Below are positions 49,412-59,560 of a stretch of DNA of 64,000 nucleotides, piece by piece. The stretch is from positions 704,001 to 768,000 of the forward strand of contig CAXXVO010000007.1 of NCBI GenBank assembly GCA_963422645.2, written 5' to 3'. How positions within the stretch are numbered: position 1 is the stretch's first letter; the number at the start of each line of letters is the position of its first letter. The translations under genes were made by a program, and so were the position numbers. The notes beneath the pieces were generated by a model that saw nothing but the letters and a program-made list of their open reading frames with translations, did not search any database and was not told where the DNA came from. Origin of the DNA: Alphaproteobacteria bacterium. Lineage in GTDB: Bacteria; Pseudomonadota; Alphaproteobacteria; UBA828.

Positions 49412-49825
49412 CTAACGCAAGGCGTCGATCGTCTGCACGTGGCCGCCTGCGGCGTAGGTCAGGATGGCGTAATCGGCGGTGAGCAGCGGGACGCCGTAAT
49501 GGCGGGCGGTTGCGACGATGAAGCGATCTGCCGGATCGGCGTGGAATGCGCCCGGCAGCCGGACGCTCTCGATGGCGATCGCGGGTTCGATCGGGAGGAG
49601 CCCGATCGCTGGCAAGGCGAGGGCCGCCAAAATCCACTCTCTGACCTCGCGCGAGAGGCGGAGGCGGTCCTTCTCGGCCAGGAGCGCGATTTCCCATGGC
49701 GTGATTGCGGAGATGCCTAGTCCATCCGCTTGTTCCGCTGCCGCAATAGCGGCGCGTGCGTCGGCGCCGAGCCGCCGTTCGTCTTCCACGGCCCAGATTA
49801 GCGCATGCGTGTCGAGCACGATCAC
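49412..49825 (-). CDS. vapC: VapC PIN-domain toxin
   Basis: VLDTHALIW, SAITPWEI, HADPADRFIVATA, LLTAD. Confidence 0.92.
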   Translation of the reverse strand: MIVLDTHALIWAVEDERRLGADARAAIAAAEQADGLGISAITPWEIALLAEKDRLRLSREVREWILAALALPAIGLLPIEPAIAIESVRLPGAFHADPADRFIVATARHYGVPLLTADYAILTYAAGGHVQTIDALR

Positions 49826-50064
49826 CGAACGGCGTTCCAGTCGGCGGGGTCAGCTGCAGGCCCGAAGGGGTCGTCGTAAGCCAGCACCGACCCCTTCATT
49901 GCGCCGATGATTGAGCGTTCCGTGTTCTCCGGCCGCACCGGCGACAGCACCGCGACTGGTTTGCCCCGATTGGTGATTGTCACGGGTTCGCCATCCTCGG
50001 CCATCTCATTGATAATACGGAGACATTTCGCTTGGAACGCGGCTGCGGCAATCGCCTTGCCCAT
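49822..50064 (-). CDS. Phd/YefM-family antitoxin
   Basis: AAAFQAKCLRII...VTITNRGKPVA; GTGA coupling to vapC. Confidence 0.9.
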   Translation of the reverse strand: MGKAIAAAAFQAKCLRIINEMAEDGEPVTITNRGKPVAVLSPVRPENTERSIIGAMKGSVLAYDDPFGPAADPADWNAVR

Positions 50065-50084
50065 GATTCTCGCCCTTCAGCAAA

Positions 50085-50101
50085 TACATATATATTATGT
50101 A
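50085..50101. promoter_or_regulatory. Palindromic operator candidate upstream of phd-vapC
   Basis: TACATA-N5-TATGTA; a degenerate copy lies at 52294-52308. Confidence 0.45.
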
Positions 50102-50173
50102 CGCATAATCGCTGGCGCAGTCAAGCAAGCGAGGAACGCCTGCGGCGGGTCCAGCGGCCTTGCCTGTCGGCCC

Positions 50174-50833
50174 TCAGTCGATCTCGTCTTCGGGCACGAT
50201 CCAGGGCTCTTGAAGAGCGGCGTCGCGCCATTCGGCGAAGGCCGGGAGGGTGAGCACGGCGCGGCAGTAGGCGGCGCAGATCTCGTCGAGATCGACCCCG
50301 TGGGTATCGAAGCGCGTCACGACGGGCGCGTACATGGCGTCGGCCGCGCAGAAGGCGCCGAACAGGAAGTCGCCGCCTGCGCCGTAGCGCGTCCGGCAAT
50401 CGCGCCAGATTTCGCAGATGCGGGCGATATCGTCGTCTACCCCCGGCCCTCGGTCCCTCCCCTTGAGATCGAGGCGGCGCAGGTTCATGGGCATGTGGTT
50501 GCACAGCGCGGTGAAGCCCGCGTGCATCTCGTTGGCGGTGGCGCGTGCTGTGGCGCGGGCGTCGCGGTCCTTGGGCCAGAGCCCCGCGTCGGGGAACAGC
50601 TCATTGGCGTATTCGATGATCGCGAGGGTCTCCCAGACAGTGCGCTCGCCGTGCAGCAGGACGGGAACGCGCCCTGACGGCGAGACGGCGGCGATGGCCT
50701 CCTTCCAGTTCTCGCCGCAGAGCAGGAGCAGCCGCTCGTCGAAGGGGATTCCGGCGTGGCGCAGCGCCAGCCAGGGCCGAAGCGACCAGGACGAGTAGTT
50801 CTTGTTGCCGATTACCAGGGTGAGATCGCTCAT
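50174..50833 (-). CDS. Glutathione S-transferase family protein
   Basis: GNKNYSSWSLRPW, SPSGRVP, WETLAI, EMHAGF. Confidence 0.92.
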   Translation of the reverse strand: MSDLTLVIGNKNYSSWSLRPWLALRHAGIPFDERLLLLCGENWKEAIAAVSPSGRVPVLLHGERTVWETLAIIEYANELFPDAGLWPKDRDARATARATANEMHAGFTALCNHMPMNLRRLDLKGRDRGPGVDDDIARICEIWRDCRTRYGAGGDFLFGAFCAADAMYAPVVTRFDTHGVDLDEICAAYCRAVLTLPAFAEWRDAALQEPWIVPEDEID

Positions 50834-51020
50834 GGGGTTGCGTGCCAACGTTTCGTGTTGCTTGGCGCGGCTGGACCATAGCGCCGCGTTCTAGGTCGGC
50901 AATGCCGCGCGGTCTAGCGTGTGGCGTTGATAGTGTGAGCGTGACCGGCTGTGGCGTAAGAGAGGATGGCGAAGCCGGAGGTGAGCAGCGGCGCGCCGCA
51001 TTGGCGGGCGGTCACGACAA

Positions 51021-51137
51021 TCAGGCGACCAGCCAGCCGCGATCGGTGATCGTCACAGGCTCGCCGTCCTCGCCCATCTCATTGATAAGACGGAGATATT
51101 TGGCCTGAAATTCGGCCGCCGCGATGGTCTTGCCCAA
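51021..51137 (-). pseudogene. Truncated Phd/YefM antitoxin paralog
   Basis: LGKTIAAAEFQAKYLRLINEMGEDGEPVTITDRGWLVA* closely matches 49822-50064 in this window. Confidence 0.8.
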
Positions 51138-51145
51138 TAATTCAG

Positions 51146-52272
51146 TGTAGCCGGCCAGAAGTCTTTGCGAATCGCGGCCAGAAGTCTTTGCGAATGGCCT
51201 GGAAAACAGGCTGATTTTCGGGGCTGATTCGGGCTGGAAAAACGGCCTCTGCATCGGCCATGCACGGGCCGTTCAGGGGCGCGGAATTCGGTGTGCACGG
51301 CCCCTGCAAGGGTTCTATTCCGCCTTCTCCTCCGCCTCGGGCGCGGGGGGCTGGGCGGGCCCGGCTTCGGGCGGGCGCCAGTGTCTGTCGTCGGCTGCGT
51401 CGAAGCGCTCGAGCGCGCCCGCGTCCATGGTTTCGATGCGCTTGCGGAGCGCGCGGCAGAGCCGGCGCAGGCGGTCGCGTTCGGCGTCCTGCTCCTCGGT
51501 GGCGGCGCCGCGCAGCCGCCGTCTGGCCTCGTGCTCCCAGCTCCTTGCCCCGTAGGCCTTCCGGATGCGGCGGGTTGCCTCCCGGTCGAGCCCTTGCGCC
51601 CTTTCTTGCCGGAGGTCTTCGGCGGCGGCGCGCTCGCCCGCTTCGGCGATCATGGCCCATGCCGGCTTGGGGCTGGCGTCCGGGTCGGGGCCGTAGTCCG
51701 GCAGGCCGGGGATCGGGTTCCAGCCGTAGGCCTTCCATGTCGCCTCGTCGAACATCGTGTCGATGCCGCCGGGGAAGGAGCCCGGCAGGAAGCCGTGGGG
51801 CGGACGCAGGCCGTCGTGCGCCATGAGCCGGCGGATCGCGTCCTGGATGTCGATCACCGTGTCATCCTCCGTCGGGCCGGGCGAGGGACGAGAACCTCTC
51901 TCCGTTCGACTGCCCTTCTCCGACGAGGAGATCGCACGCGACCCGCGGCGCGCCGATCTCGAAGGGAAGGAGGCCGGCGCGGGGACAACGCCGGCATCGT
52001 AGACCGGGCGAGGCGAAGCCCCGCGCCGCACCCCGATTTACCGGCGAATCCGCACCCCCGGAACCGCCCCGATTTACAGGCCTTTCAGCACCCCTGAAAC
52101 GCCCCGAAAATCACCGTTTCCAGCCAATTCACGGCCCTTTCCGGGCCGGATTCGCAAAGACTTTCGTCCGGCCCGCCAGACCCCGGAAACGCCGCCAACC
52201 CCTTGACCGTCCGCCATCTTCCGCCTTCTTCCCGGCATCTTCCGGATTCGCAATGACTTTCGTCCCCCTACA
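51146..52272 (-). mobile_element. Non-autonomous Mu/Tn7-like mini-element (1127 bp)
   Basis: Ends TGTAG...CTACA, 27-bp imperfect IR (21/27), 5-bp TSD TTCAG at 51141-51145 and 52273-52277, two AAGTC(T/A)TTGCGAAT sites per end. Confidence 0.8.
51315..51857 (-). CDS. Hypothetical protein, possibly phage tail-fibre-associated
   Basis: 180 aa, GGAGG RBS and GTG start; PKPAW followed by charged helices ending DDRHW; resemblance to tail-associated small proteins is a weak impression. Confidence 0.5.
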   Translation of the reverse strand: MIDIQDAIRRLMAHDGLRPPHGFLPGSFPGGIDTMFDEATWKAYGWNPIPGLPDYGPDPDASPKPAWAMIAEAGERAAAEDLRQERAQGLDREATRRIRKAYGARSWEHEARRRLRGAATEEQDAERDRLRRLCRALRKRIETMDAGALERFDAADDRHWRPPEAGPAQPPAPEAEEKAE

Positions 52273-52358
52273 TTCAGCCTGCGATATAACACGTACATAT
52301 ACTATATACATATATCAGAAGGCGTCAATCGGGCTAAGCCCGTCTCCTGTGGGAGGGC

Positions 52359-53063
52359 CTAGTCGACGGAATCGGCCTCGTCGGCGCCGCTCATCAGCTG
52401 GGAGAAACGCACCGGCAGGATCTCTTCGGTCTCGAACCGCCCGCACTCGTCCTTGGTGACCAGAAGCAGGCGCTGGTCGTCCTCCAGGCCGGCCGGGATC
52501 ACCATGCGCCCGCCGGGCTTGAGCTGTTGCAGGAGCGCCGGCGGGATCAGGTCCGGCGCGGCGGTCGCGATGATGCGGTCGTAGGGCGCGTGGTCGGGCC
52601 AGCCCAGGCTGCCGTCGCCGATGCGGAACTGGACGTTGCCGTAGCCCTGCTCGTCGAGCCGGCGACGGCCGCTCTGGGCCAGCTCCTCGAGCAGCTCCAC
52701 CGTGTAGACCTCGGCCGCAAGCTCCGCCAAGAGCGCCGCCTGATAGCCGAGCCCGGTGCCGATCTCGAGCACCCGGTGCTCCGCGCCGATCTCCAGCAGG
52801 TAGGTCATCAGCGCGACGATGAAGGGCTGCGAGATGGTCTTGCCGCTGCCGATGGGAAGCGGTGAGTCGAGGTAGGCGTAGAGCGCCATCTCGACCGGCA
52901 CGAAGGCGTGGCGCGGGACCCACCCGATTGCCTCCATGACATCGCCCGCGATCGCGGCGCGGCCGGTCTTGCGGCCGACGTGGTCGGCGTGGAGCGCCAC
53001 CTGCTCGACCATGGTCCGGCGCAGGATCGCGAATTGGTCGACGTTGGTATTCGCCGCCGTCAT
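52359..53063 (-). CDS. pcm: Protein-L-isoaspartate O-methyltransferase
   Basis: VPRHAFVP, TISQP, VLEIGTGLGY, GDGSLGW, QLKPGGRMVIP. Confidence 0.93.
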   Translation of the reverse strand: MTAANTNVDQFAILRRTMVEQVALHADHVGRKTGRAAIAGDVMEAIGWVPRHAFVPVEMALYAYLDSPLPIGSGKTISQPFIVALMTYLLEIGAEHRVLEIGTGLGYQAALLAELAAEVYTVELLEELAQSGRRRLDEQGYGNVQFRIGDGSLGWPDHAPYDRIIATAAPDLIPPALLQQLKPGGRMVIPAGLEDDQRLLLVTKDECGRFETEEILPVRFSQLMSGADEADSVD

Positions 53064-53291
53064 GGTTCGTCACCACGCCCGTGCGCGAGTCGGCGGGCAC
53101 CGCGCCCGCCCGTCCCCCCAAGGGGCGCCAGCCAGTGTCCCCCCGATTGCTGCTATAAGTAACGCATCCACGCGACAGCTGCGAGCCTCGTTGACCTCCA
53201 TGCCGGTGACGACCCTCTGCCGCGACCGCCCTTGCGATGGGAAGCCGCTGCGCTCCGATGAAGCCGGCCCGACCGGGCCTCGGACGGGCGC

Positions 53292-54713
53292 ATGACCGGC
53301 TCCCTCGCGCTGCCACTCTGGATCCTCGCGGTGGTGGGCGCGCTCGCGCTCTGGGCTGCGCTGGATCGGATCCTGATGCCGAGTGCGCGCTGGTTCCTGC
53401 GCCGCCGCCTCAACCGCATGATCGAGGAGGTGAATACACGGCTCGAGCTGCAGATTCCGGCGTTCCAGCAGACCAAGCGCCGGGTGCTGATCGACCAGCT
53501 CAGCTACGACCCTGTAGTGATGGAGGCGATCGATGCCGAGGCCGAGGCCACCGGCATCCCGCGCGAGGTGCTGAGCCGGCAGGTGGAGCGCTACGCCCGC
53601 GAGATCGTGCCCTCCTTCAACGCCTACGCCTACTTCCGCATCGGCTATCACGTGGCGCGACGGGCGGTGGAAAGTCTCTACCGCGTGCGCCTCGGCTATT
53701 CCGACGACGAAGCGCTGGCCCGCATAGAGCCCGGCGCCAGCGTCGTCTTCGTGATGAACCACCGCAGCAACATGGACTATGTGATTGTCGCCTACATGGC
53801 GGCGCACCGCTCGGCACTCAGCTACGCCGTCGGCGAATGGGCGCGGGTCTGGCCGCTCAAGATGCTGGTGCGCTCGCTCGGCGCCTACTTCGTGCGACGC
53901 GGCTCGGGCAGCCGCCTCTACCGTCAGGTGCTGGCCCGCTACGTGCAGGCGGCAACCGCCGGCGGCGTGGTCCAGGCGGTCTACCCCGAGGGCGGCCTGA
54001 GCCGCGACGGCCGCCTGCGCAAGCCCAAGCTCGGGCTCATCAACTACATGGTCTCGTCCTTCGACCCGGAGGGGACGCGCGACCTGGTCTTCGTCCCCGT
54101 CGGCATCAACTACGACCGGGTGCTGGAGGACCGCATGCTGGTGCGCGCGCCGGCCCACGGCGAGCCCCGGCGCAGCCGGTCGCGCGTGCTCATGACCGCG
54201 CTCCGCTTCGTCGCCCACAACGTGAGCCTGATGATCCGGCGGCGCTGGTACCGCTTCGGCTACGCCTGCGTGAACTTCGCCGCGCCGATTTCCATGCGGG
54301 ACTATGCCAAGGTCCACGGGGTCGACTTTCGCGCGCTGGAGGCCGACGCTCGTCACCAGGCCGTGGAAAGGCTCGGCGGCGAGCTACTGGAGGCGATCGC
54401 CGCGGCGATCCCGGTGCTTCCGGTGTCCCTGGTGGCGACGGTGTTCGTGCGCGCGGACAAGGTGCTCGATCTGCTGGAGATCAAGGGTCGCACCCAGGCG
54501 CTGATCGACAGGATGGAGCGCGAGGGCGCCTACGTGCACGTCCCGCGGGCGGACCGAGACTACGCCGTCACCGTGGGCCTGCGCATGCTGACGCTGCGCC
54601 ACTTCGTCATCGAGGCGGACGGGCTCTTCCGCGCGAACGAGGGCGAGCGCGACATGCTGCGCTACTACGCCAACGCGATCGAGCACTTCCTGCCCGAGCA
54701 GCAGGGCGACTGA
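53292..54713 (+). CDS. Glycerol-3-phosphate/lysophospholipid acyltransferase (PlsB-like)
   Basis: NHRSNMD (HX4D), GAYFVRR, YPEGGLSRDG, PVGINYD. Confidence 0.85.
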   Translation: MTGSLALPLWILAVVGALALWAALDRILMPSARWFLRRRLNRMIEEVNTRLELQIPAFQQTKRRVLIDQLSYDPVVMEAIDAEAEATGIPREVLSRQVERYAREIVPSFNAYAYFRIGYHVARRAVESLYRVRLGYSDDEALARIEPGASVVFVMNHRSNMDYVIVAYMAAHRSALSYAVGEWARVWPLKMLVRSLGAYFVRRGSGSRLYRQVLARYVQAATAGGVVQAVYPEGGLSRDGRLRKPKLGLINYMVSSFDPEGTRDLVFVPVGINYDRVLEDRMLVRAPAHGEPRRSRSRVLMTALRFVAHNVSLMIRRRWYRFGYACVNFAAPISMRDYAKVHGVDFRALEADARHQAVERLGGELLEAIAAAIPVLPVSLVATVFVRADKVLDLLEIKGRTQALIDRMEREGAYVHVPRADRDYAVTVGLRMLTLRHFVIEADGLFRANEGERDMLRYYANAIEHFLPEQQGD

Positions 54714-54761
54714 GACGGCGGGAGGGGTGGCGCCGACGACGGGGGCCGCCGGCGCGGTGAA

Positions 54762-55055
54762 CTACTCGACGGCCTCGACGAAGTAGACGCTGCTGTTGCA
54801 GGCGCGGAAGCGCATCGGCAGCACCGCCTGATACTCGGGGCAGTTGTACCACTCCTTCGCCTTTTCCATGCTCTCGAAGCGGATCATCACGATCCTGGGC
54901 GGCTTCGACATGCCGTCCATGTGGGCGACGTTGGTAGTGGCGGCAATCAGCTCACCGCCATAGGCCGCGACCGAGGGGCCGGCCTTCTGGGCGTATTCGT
55001 CCATGAGCTCTTGATCGAACACTTGCGATTCGGAGATGAGATAGGCGGCGGGCAT
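54762..55055 (-). CDS. DUF1330 family protein
   Basis: MPAAYLI...AYGG...IRFESMEKAKEWYNCPEYQ. Confidence 0.85.
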   Translation of the reverse strand: MPAAYLISESQVFDQELMDEYAQKAGPSVAAYGGELIAATTNVAHMDGMSKPPRIVMIRFESMEKAKEWYNCPEYQAVLPMRFRACNSSVYFVEAVE

Positions 55056-55096
55056 GGCTGTGCTCCTCGGGTTGGGCTGTGTCGTTTCGAAAAGGG

Positions 55097-57124
55097 TTAG
55101 AGCTTGCGGGCCTGACGGTGGCCTTCGTAGACCGCCTCGTAGGCCGAGCGGGGCGCGGTAGCATCGCCGATGGTCTCGACCGAGACGCCTCGCGCGGCAA
55201 CCGCGTTGTGCAGCGCGTTCTCGGAGCGCCGGCCGGTCGCCATGACAATCCAGTCGGCCTCGATCGTCCGCTCCGCCTCGCCGTGGTGGACGTTGTAGAG
55301 CGTCACCTTGTCGCCCTCGATGCGGCGGACGAAGTGATCGACGCAGACCCTCACCCCGCTTTGGTAGAGCTTGGGCAGAATCCAATCGAGATAGACATCC
55401 AGGATGGTCTCCATGCCCACCATGGGCCAACGGGTGACCAGCGTCACCTCATCGGCGCCGCCCTCCTTGCAGGCGACGGCAGTGAGCGGCGCCGCAACGT
55501 CGCAGAGGTCGTCCAGCACAATCACCTTGCCGCGCGGCCGGGCCTGGCCCAGCGCCACCGCGTCCCAGCCCACGCAATTGCCGGTCTCCCAGCCGGGCAG
55601 CGCCTCGCCGGTCCAGCCCTGGAAGCCGTCGACCACGACGGTGGAGCCGGTGGCCACCACCACGTGGTCGGGCTTCACCGCGTCTAACGCCTGATCCAGA
55701 TCTTCTTCCGTTACCGGCGCGCCGGTGACGATGCGGGTGCCGTTCTTCTCCGCCTGGGACGTGAGCCAGCGGCCGATCTCACCGTACTCGGCCCGGCTCG
55801 GCAGCAGCGCCTGAACCCGCACGTGGCCGCCGGTCTCACCCTCGGCCTCGTAGAGCGTCACGTTGTGGCCGCGGGCCGAGGCGACGCGCGCGTACTCCAG
55901 CCCGGCCGGGCCGCCGCCGATGACGAGCACCGACTTGGGCTCCGCCACCTTGACCAGCGTGCCCTCGCCCCAGGCTTTCTCGCGGCCCACGGCGGGGTTG
56001 TAGATGCACTGCACCCGCCCGCCCCTGCTCACGCTCTTCCAGCAGAAGTTGGCGGCAACGCATGAGCGGATGTCGTCGGTGCGGCCTTCCTGCGCCTTCT
56101 TGGCCCAGTGGGGGTCGGTGAAGAGCTGGCGCGCGAGACAGATGGCATCGCCATCGCCGGCCTCCAGCAGCTGCTCGGCGACATCCGGCGTGGTGATGCG
56201 GCCCACCAGCAGCACCGGCTTCGACGAGACCTCGCGGATCTTGCGGGCGTAGCCCCGCTCCCACCCGGCCTCGAACTCCATCGGCGTGTGGATGAAGGCG
56301 TGATGCACGCCGGCCGAGACGTCGACGTAGTCGATGTCCGCGCGATTCTCGATTTCGACGACGATGTCGCGCACGTCGTCGATTTCGAGATCGCCCGGCC
56401 AGAAGGAGGTCGAGTTGATGCGGTAGCCGACGAACCTGTCGTCGCCGGCAGCAGCCCGCATCCGATTCAATGCCTCGACGGGGAAGCGCAGCCGGTTCTC
56501 CTGCGAGCCGCCCCAGCGGTCGGTGCGCTTGTTGTATAGCGGCGAGATGAACTGCCAGGGCAGGTAGCCGTGGCTGAGATGAAGCTCGACTCCGTCGAGC
56601 CCCGCCGCGAACGCGCGGGCCGCGGCGCTGCCGAAGGATTCCAGCAGCTCCTCGATCTCGTCCTCGTCCAGCTCCTTGGGCGTCGACGCACCGGGGAACT
56701 CGCCCAAGGGCACCTGGCTCGGCGAGAGCGTGTACCAGGTCGCGTCGGGGTCGTAGGTGGCCTCCTGCTTGAAGGTGGGGAAGCCACGCACGCCCGAGTG
56801 CCAGAGCTGGATCGCGAGCTTGCAGCCTTCGGCATGGACCGCGTCCGCGATTTTGGAGAGCGGCTCGATCTGCCGGTCGTCGAAGAGCTGCGGCATGAGC
56901 AGCGGCGCCATGATCGAGCTCGGGTGGACATGGGTCCCGCCGATGATGATGAGACCGACGCCGCCCTCGGCGCGCTCCCGGTAATAGTGCGTGGCCATGT
57001 CGATGAAGAGCCCGTTCCAAGGGTCGGAGACCCAGCTCGGGCAGGTTGGCGGAAACACCACGCGGTTCTTGATCGTGGTGTTGCGAATCTTCCATTCCGA
57101 GAAAAGCCGTGGATAGGCCGTCAT
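55097..57124 (-). CDS. OYE/TMADH/FadH-family Fe-S flavoenzyme
   Basis: KNRVV, QLWHSG, HGYL..QFISP..NKRTDRWGG, Cys cluster CVAANFC...C, GGGPAG. Confidence 0.88.
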   Translation of the reverse strand: MTAYPRLFSEWKIRNTTIKNRVVFPPTCPSWVSDPWNGLFIDMATHYYRERAEGGVGLIIIGGTHVHPSSIMAPLLMPQLFDDRQIEPLSKIADAVHAEGCKLAIQLWHSGVRGFPTFKQEATYDPDATWYTLSPSQVPLGEFPGASTPKELDEDEIEELLESFGSAAARAFAAGLDGVELHLSHGYLPWQFISPLYNKRTDRWGGSQENRLRFPVEALNRMRAAAGDDRFVGYRINSTSFWPGDLEIDDVRDIVVEIENRADIDYVDVSAGVHHAFIHTPMEFEAGWERGYARKIREVSSKPVLLVGRITTPDVAEQLLEAGDGDAICLARQLFTDPHWAKKAQEGRTDDIRSCVAANFCWKSVSRGGRVQCIYNPAVGREKAWGEGTLVKVAEPKSVLVIGGGPAGLEYARVASARGHNVTLYEAEGETGGHVRVQALLPSRAEYGEIGRWLTSQAEKNGTRIVTGAPVTEEDLDQALDAVKPDHVVVATGSTVVVDGFQGWTGEALPGWETGNCVGWDAVALGQARPRGKVIVLDDLCDVAAPLTAVACKEGGADEVTLVTRWPMVGMETILDVYLDWILPKLYQSGVRVCVDHFVRRIEGDKVTLYNVHHGEAERTIEADWIVMATGRRSENALHNAVAARGVSVETIGDATAPRSAYEAVYEGHRQARKL

Positions 57125-57259
57125 GTCGCGCTCCCCCTGATCGAGGGCGCCCGGTCGCCCGGTCGCCCTGTGCATAACCGCCGCGCTCCATTACACTCGG
57201 CTTGGCGTGGGAATGCCAGTTTCGCGGCCTCTGGCCGGCTCAATCACGGGAGGGCGGCG

Positions 57260-58675
57260 ATGTCCGACACCTATCGCGCGGTGATTCCCTACGAATCCCT
57301 CGATCCGCTCACCATCGGCTCGGCCGACGATCCGGCCATGGTCTATCGGGAGACGCTGACCCTCGATATTCCCGAGGCCAACCTGCTGGCGGCGCTCTTC
57401 CCGGACGAGCCGGGGCCCATCGCGAACCCCACCGAGGCCTGCGCGGCCGCGCTGGAGGCGCCGCATTCGGGGCCTGCGTTCTCGGAGATGATCGGGTCGG
57501 ACAAGAGCCTCGCCATCATCATCGACAACCAGTTCCGCCCGACCCCCACCTCCAAGCTGCTGCCGGCGGTGCTCGATGCCATCGAGGCCCACGGCGTCAA
57601 GGACGCGCGCGTGGTCTGCGCCAACGGCAAGGTCTTCCCCATGTCGGAGCGCGACACCGAGCTCAAGCTCGGGCGCGAGAACCTCGCGCGCATGGAGCGG
57701 CTGGGCATCCCCTTCTTCCAGAACGAACCGCGCGATCCCGATCAGTACGTCTTCATCGGCATGACCACGGGCGGCACGCCGGTCTGGCTGCACAAGGAGG
57801 TGGCGAAGTCCGACGTGAGCCTCTCGATGGGCCAGGCGCAGTCCAACCACTGGGGCGCCGGCGGGGGCGGCAAGCTGATCCTGCCGGGCGTGGTCTCGGA
57901 CGAGACCATCGAATCGAACCACTGTGCCTTCGTGATGTCGCCCAAGACCCATTACGGCGCAATGGCCGGGCCGATGCGGACCGACATCGACGAGGCCGCC
58001 ACCATGTGCGGGCTCTCGGCGACGCTCAACAGCGTGCTGGATACGCGGGGCAGGCTCTGCTTCATCAACTTCGGCGCGCATCCGGACGCGCACCGCGAGG
58101 CGATCCGCTTCTTCAACGGCATCTACGCCTACGATCGCCCCGCCGGCGGGCCGGCGGACATCGGCATCTGCGGCGTCTTCGCGCCGACCGACCATCTATT
58201 CTTCCACACCGGTTGGGGCTGCATGTCGTCCGACCTGCTGGTGAAGGACGGCGGGACGCTGATCTATTGCAGCCCGTCGCCCGGCGTGAGCACGCATCTG
58301 GGCGACTTCCCGGGCCTCGCACTCATGGACCTGATGAAGCCCTACATGCCGCCCTCGCCCGCGAACCTTGAGCGCGTCTACCGCGACATCCACACCCGCA
58401 CCATCGAGATGTGGGCGGGCTGCATCTGGGTGCCGATTTACGAGGTCATGGTGCGCAAACACCTCCACGTGGTGACGCTGGAAGAGAATTTGGAAATGGC
58501 GGCCGATATCGGAATGGAGGCCGGCACCTCGATCGAGGATGCGTTCGCCGCCGCGATGGCCCGTCACGGCCCGGACGCCAAGGTCGCGGTTCTGCCCTTC
58601 GCGCGCTACCAGCTGCCGCGCGATGCGATCCGCATGCCGGCCGAGGTCGAGCCCCTGGCGCACGCGGCGGAGTAG
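57260..58675 (+). CDS. LarA-family (lactate racemase-like) protein
   Basis: IIIDNQFRPTP, GTPVWL, HWGAGGGGKLILPG, SNH, VKDGGTLI. Confidence 0.75.
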   Translation: MSDTYRAVIPYESLDPLTIGSADDPAMVYRETLTLDIPEANLLAALFPDEPGPIANPTEACAAALEAPHSGPAFSEMIGSDKSLAIIIDNQFRPTPTSKLLPAVLDAIEAHGVKDARVVCANGKVFPMSERDTELKLGRENLARMERLGIPFFQNEPRDPDQYVFIGMTTGGTPVWLHKEVAKSDVSLSMGQAQSNHWGAGGGGKLILPGVVSDETIESNHCAFVMSPKTHYGAMAGPMRTDIDEAATMCGLSATLNSVLDTRGRLCFINFGAHPDAHREAIRFFNGIYAYDRPAGGPADIGICGVFAPTDHLFFHTGWGCMSSDLLVKDGGTLIYCSPSPGVSTHLGDFPGLALMDLMKPYMPPSPANLERVYRDIHTRTIEMWAGCIWVPIYEVMVRKHLHVVTLEENLEMAADIGMEAGTSIEDAFAAAMARHGPDAKVAVLPFARYQLPRDAIRMPAEVEPLAHAAE

Positions 58676-58686
58676 GGTCGGGTCGC

Positions 58687-59001
58687 ATGTCTTCCCCGGG
58701 CGCCTCGGCCGCGCCGATCACGGGATCCACGACCGTGGTCGAGCTGCTGGAGCGCTTCCCCGGCGGCGAGGCGGCCGACCTGATGGCGAGGCTCGCCTGG
58801 CCCTGCGCCCACTGCTCGGGCGCACTGCACGAGCCCCTGAGCATGGCCGCCAAGCGCCACGCCAACCGCGCGGGCCCCGTGGTGCGTGCTTTCCAGGCGC
58901 TCGAGCGCGGCGGCCCCAGCGAGGCCGAGATCGCCGAGGCCGCCGCCAAGCACGAGAAACGCCCCAACCCGGCAGCGCTCTGGGCTCGCTACACGCGCTA
59001 G
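58687..59001 (+). CDS. Small CxxC protein (DUF1858-like)
   Basis: ITGSTTVVELLERFP...CAHCSGALHEPLSMAA. Confidence 0.6.
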   Translation: MSSPGASAAPITGSTTVVELLERFPGGEAADLMARLAWPCAHCSGALHEPLSMAAKRHANRAGPVVRAFQALERGGPSEAEIAEAAAKHEKRPNPAALWARYTR

Positions 59002-59288
59002 CGCTCGGGCAACCGCCCCCTCGTCACCCTTGAATCCGGCCGTGAGAGAACGGCCCTGCCTGCGCCCCGCAGGCGAAGGCGCGTCCTCGATGCCTGGTCG
59101 GCGTCCGCGGTGCCAATGTGCCCCCGCAGCGCAACAGGCCATGACCCGCAAGGCCGTGCGTGGATGCCAAAGTTTTCGCGGAAACGGCCGGGTATTCTCT
59201 GTCCACACACGCGCCCTATAACGATCCCATGTACACGATATTAGCACTCCGATACACTCAACTAAACTATCGGAAGGTAATAACTTAG

Positions 59289-59560
59289 ATGCTGCGGTGC
59301 AACGTGTGCGGTAATTTCACGTTTAGGAAGGGCCCAGGGGGCAGGATGAGCCTTGGAGGGTCGTTGCCCGCCTGCAGTTCATGCGGTTCACTGGAGCGAC
59401 ATCGAATCGTTCGTTCCGTCTGGAATTCGGTGATTGGACGCGGAGTAAGCCGTCTCACGGCGATTCAATTCAGCCAGGATACGTCCGTAGACAAAGAGTG
59501 GTTTCATTCCTTATATGTCTCAGAATACGGGAAGACGAACTCTCTGAATTTGGAGAATAT
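59289..59560 (+). pseudogene. Low-GC gene, likely N-terminus of a class I methyltransferase-like protein, truncated by a transposon end
   Basis: CNVCG...CSSCGSLERHR; frame runs into IR CAGACTTCCTGACCTC at 59561. Confidence 0.55.

Noticed and set aside
51152-51195. 21-bp direct repeat as a CRISPR array or iterons
   Set aside because: Only two units separated by 2 bp, no spacers, no cas or rep gene; better explained as transposase-binding sites of the mini-element.
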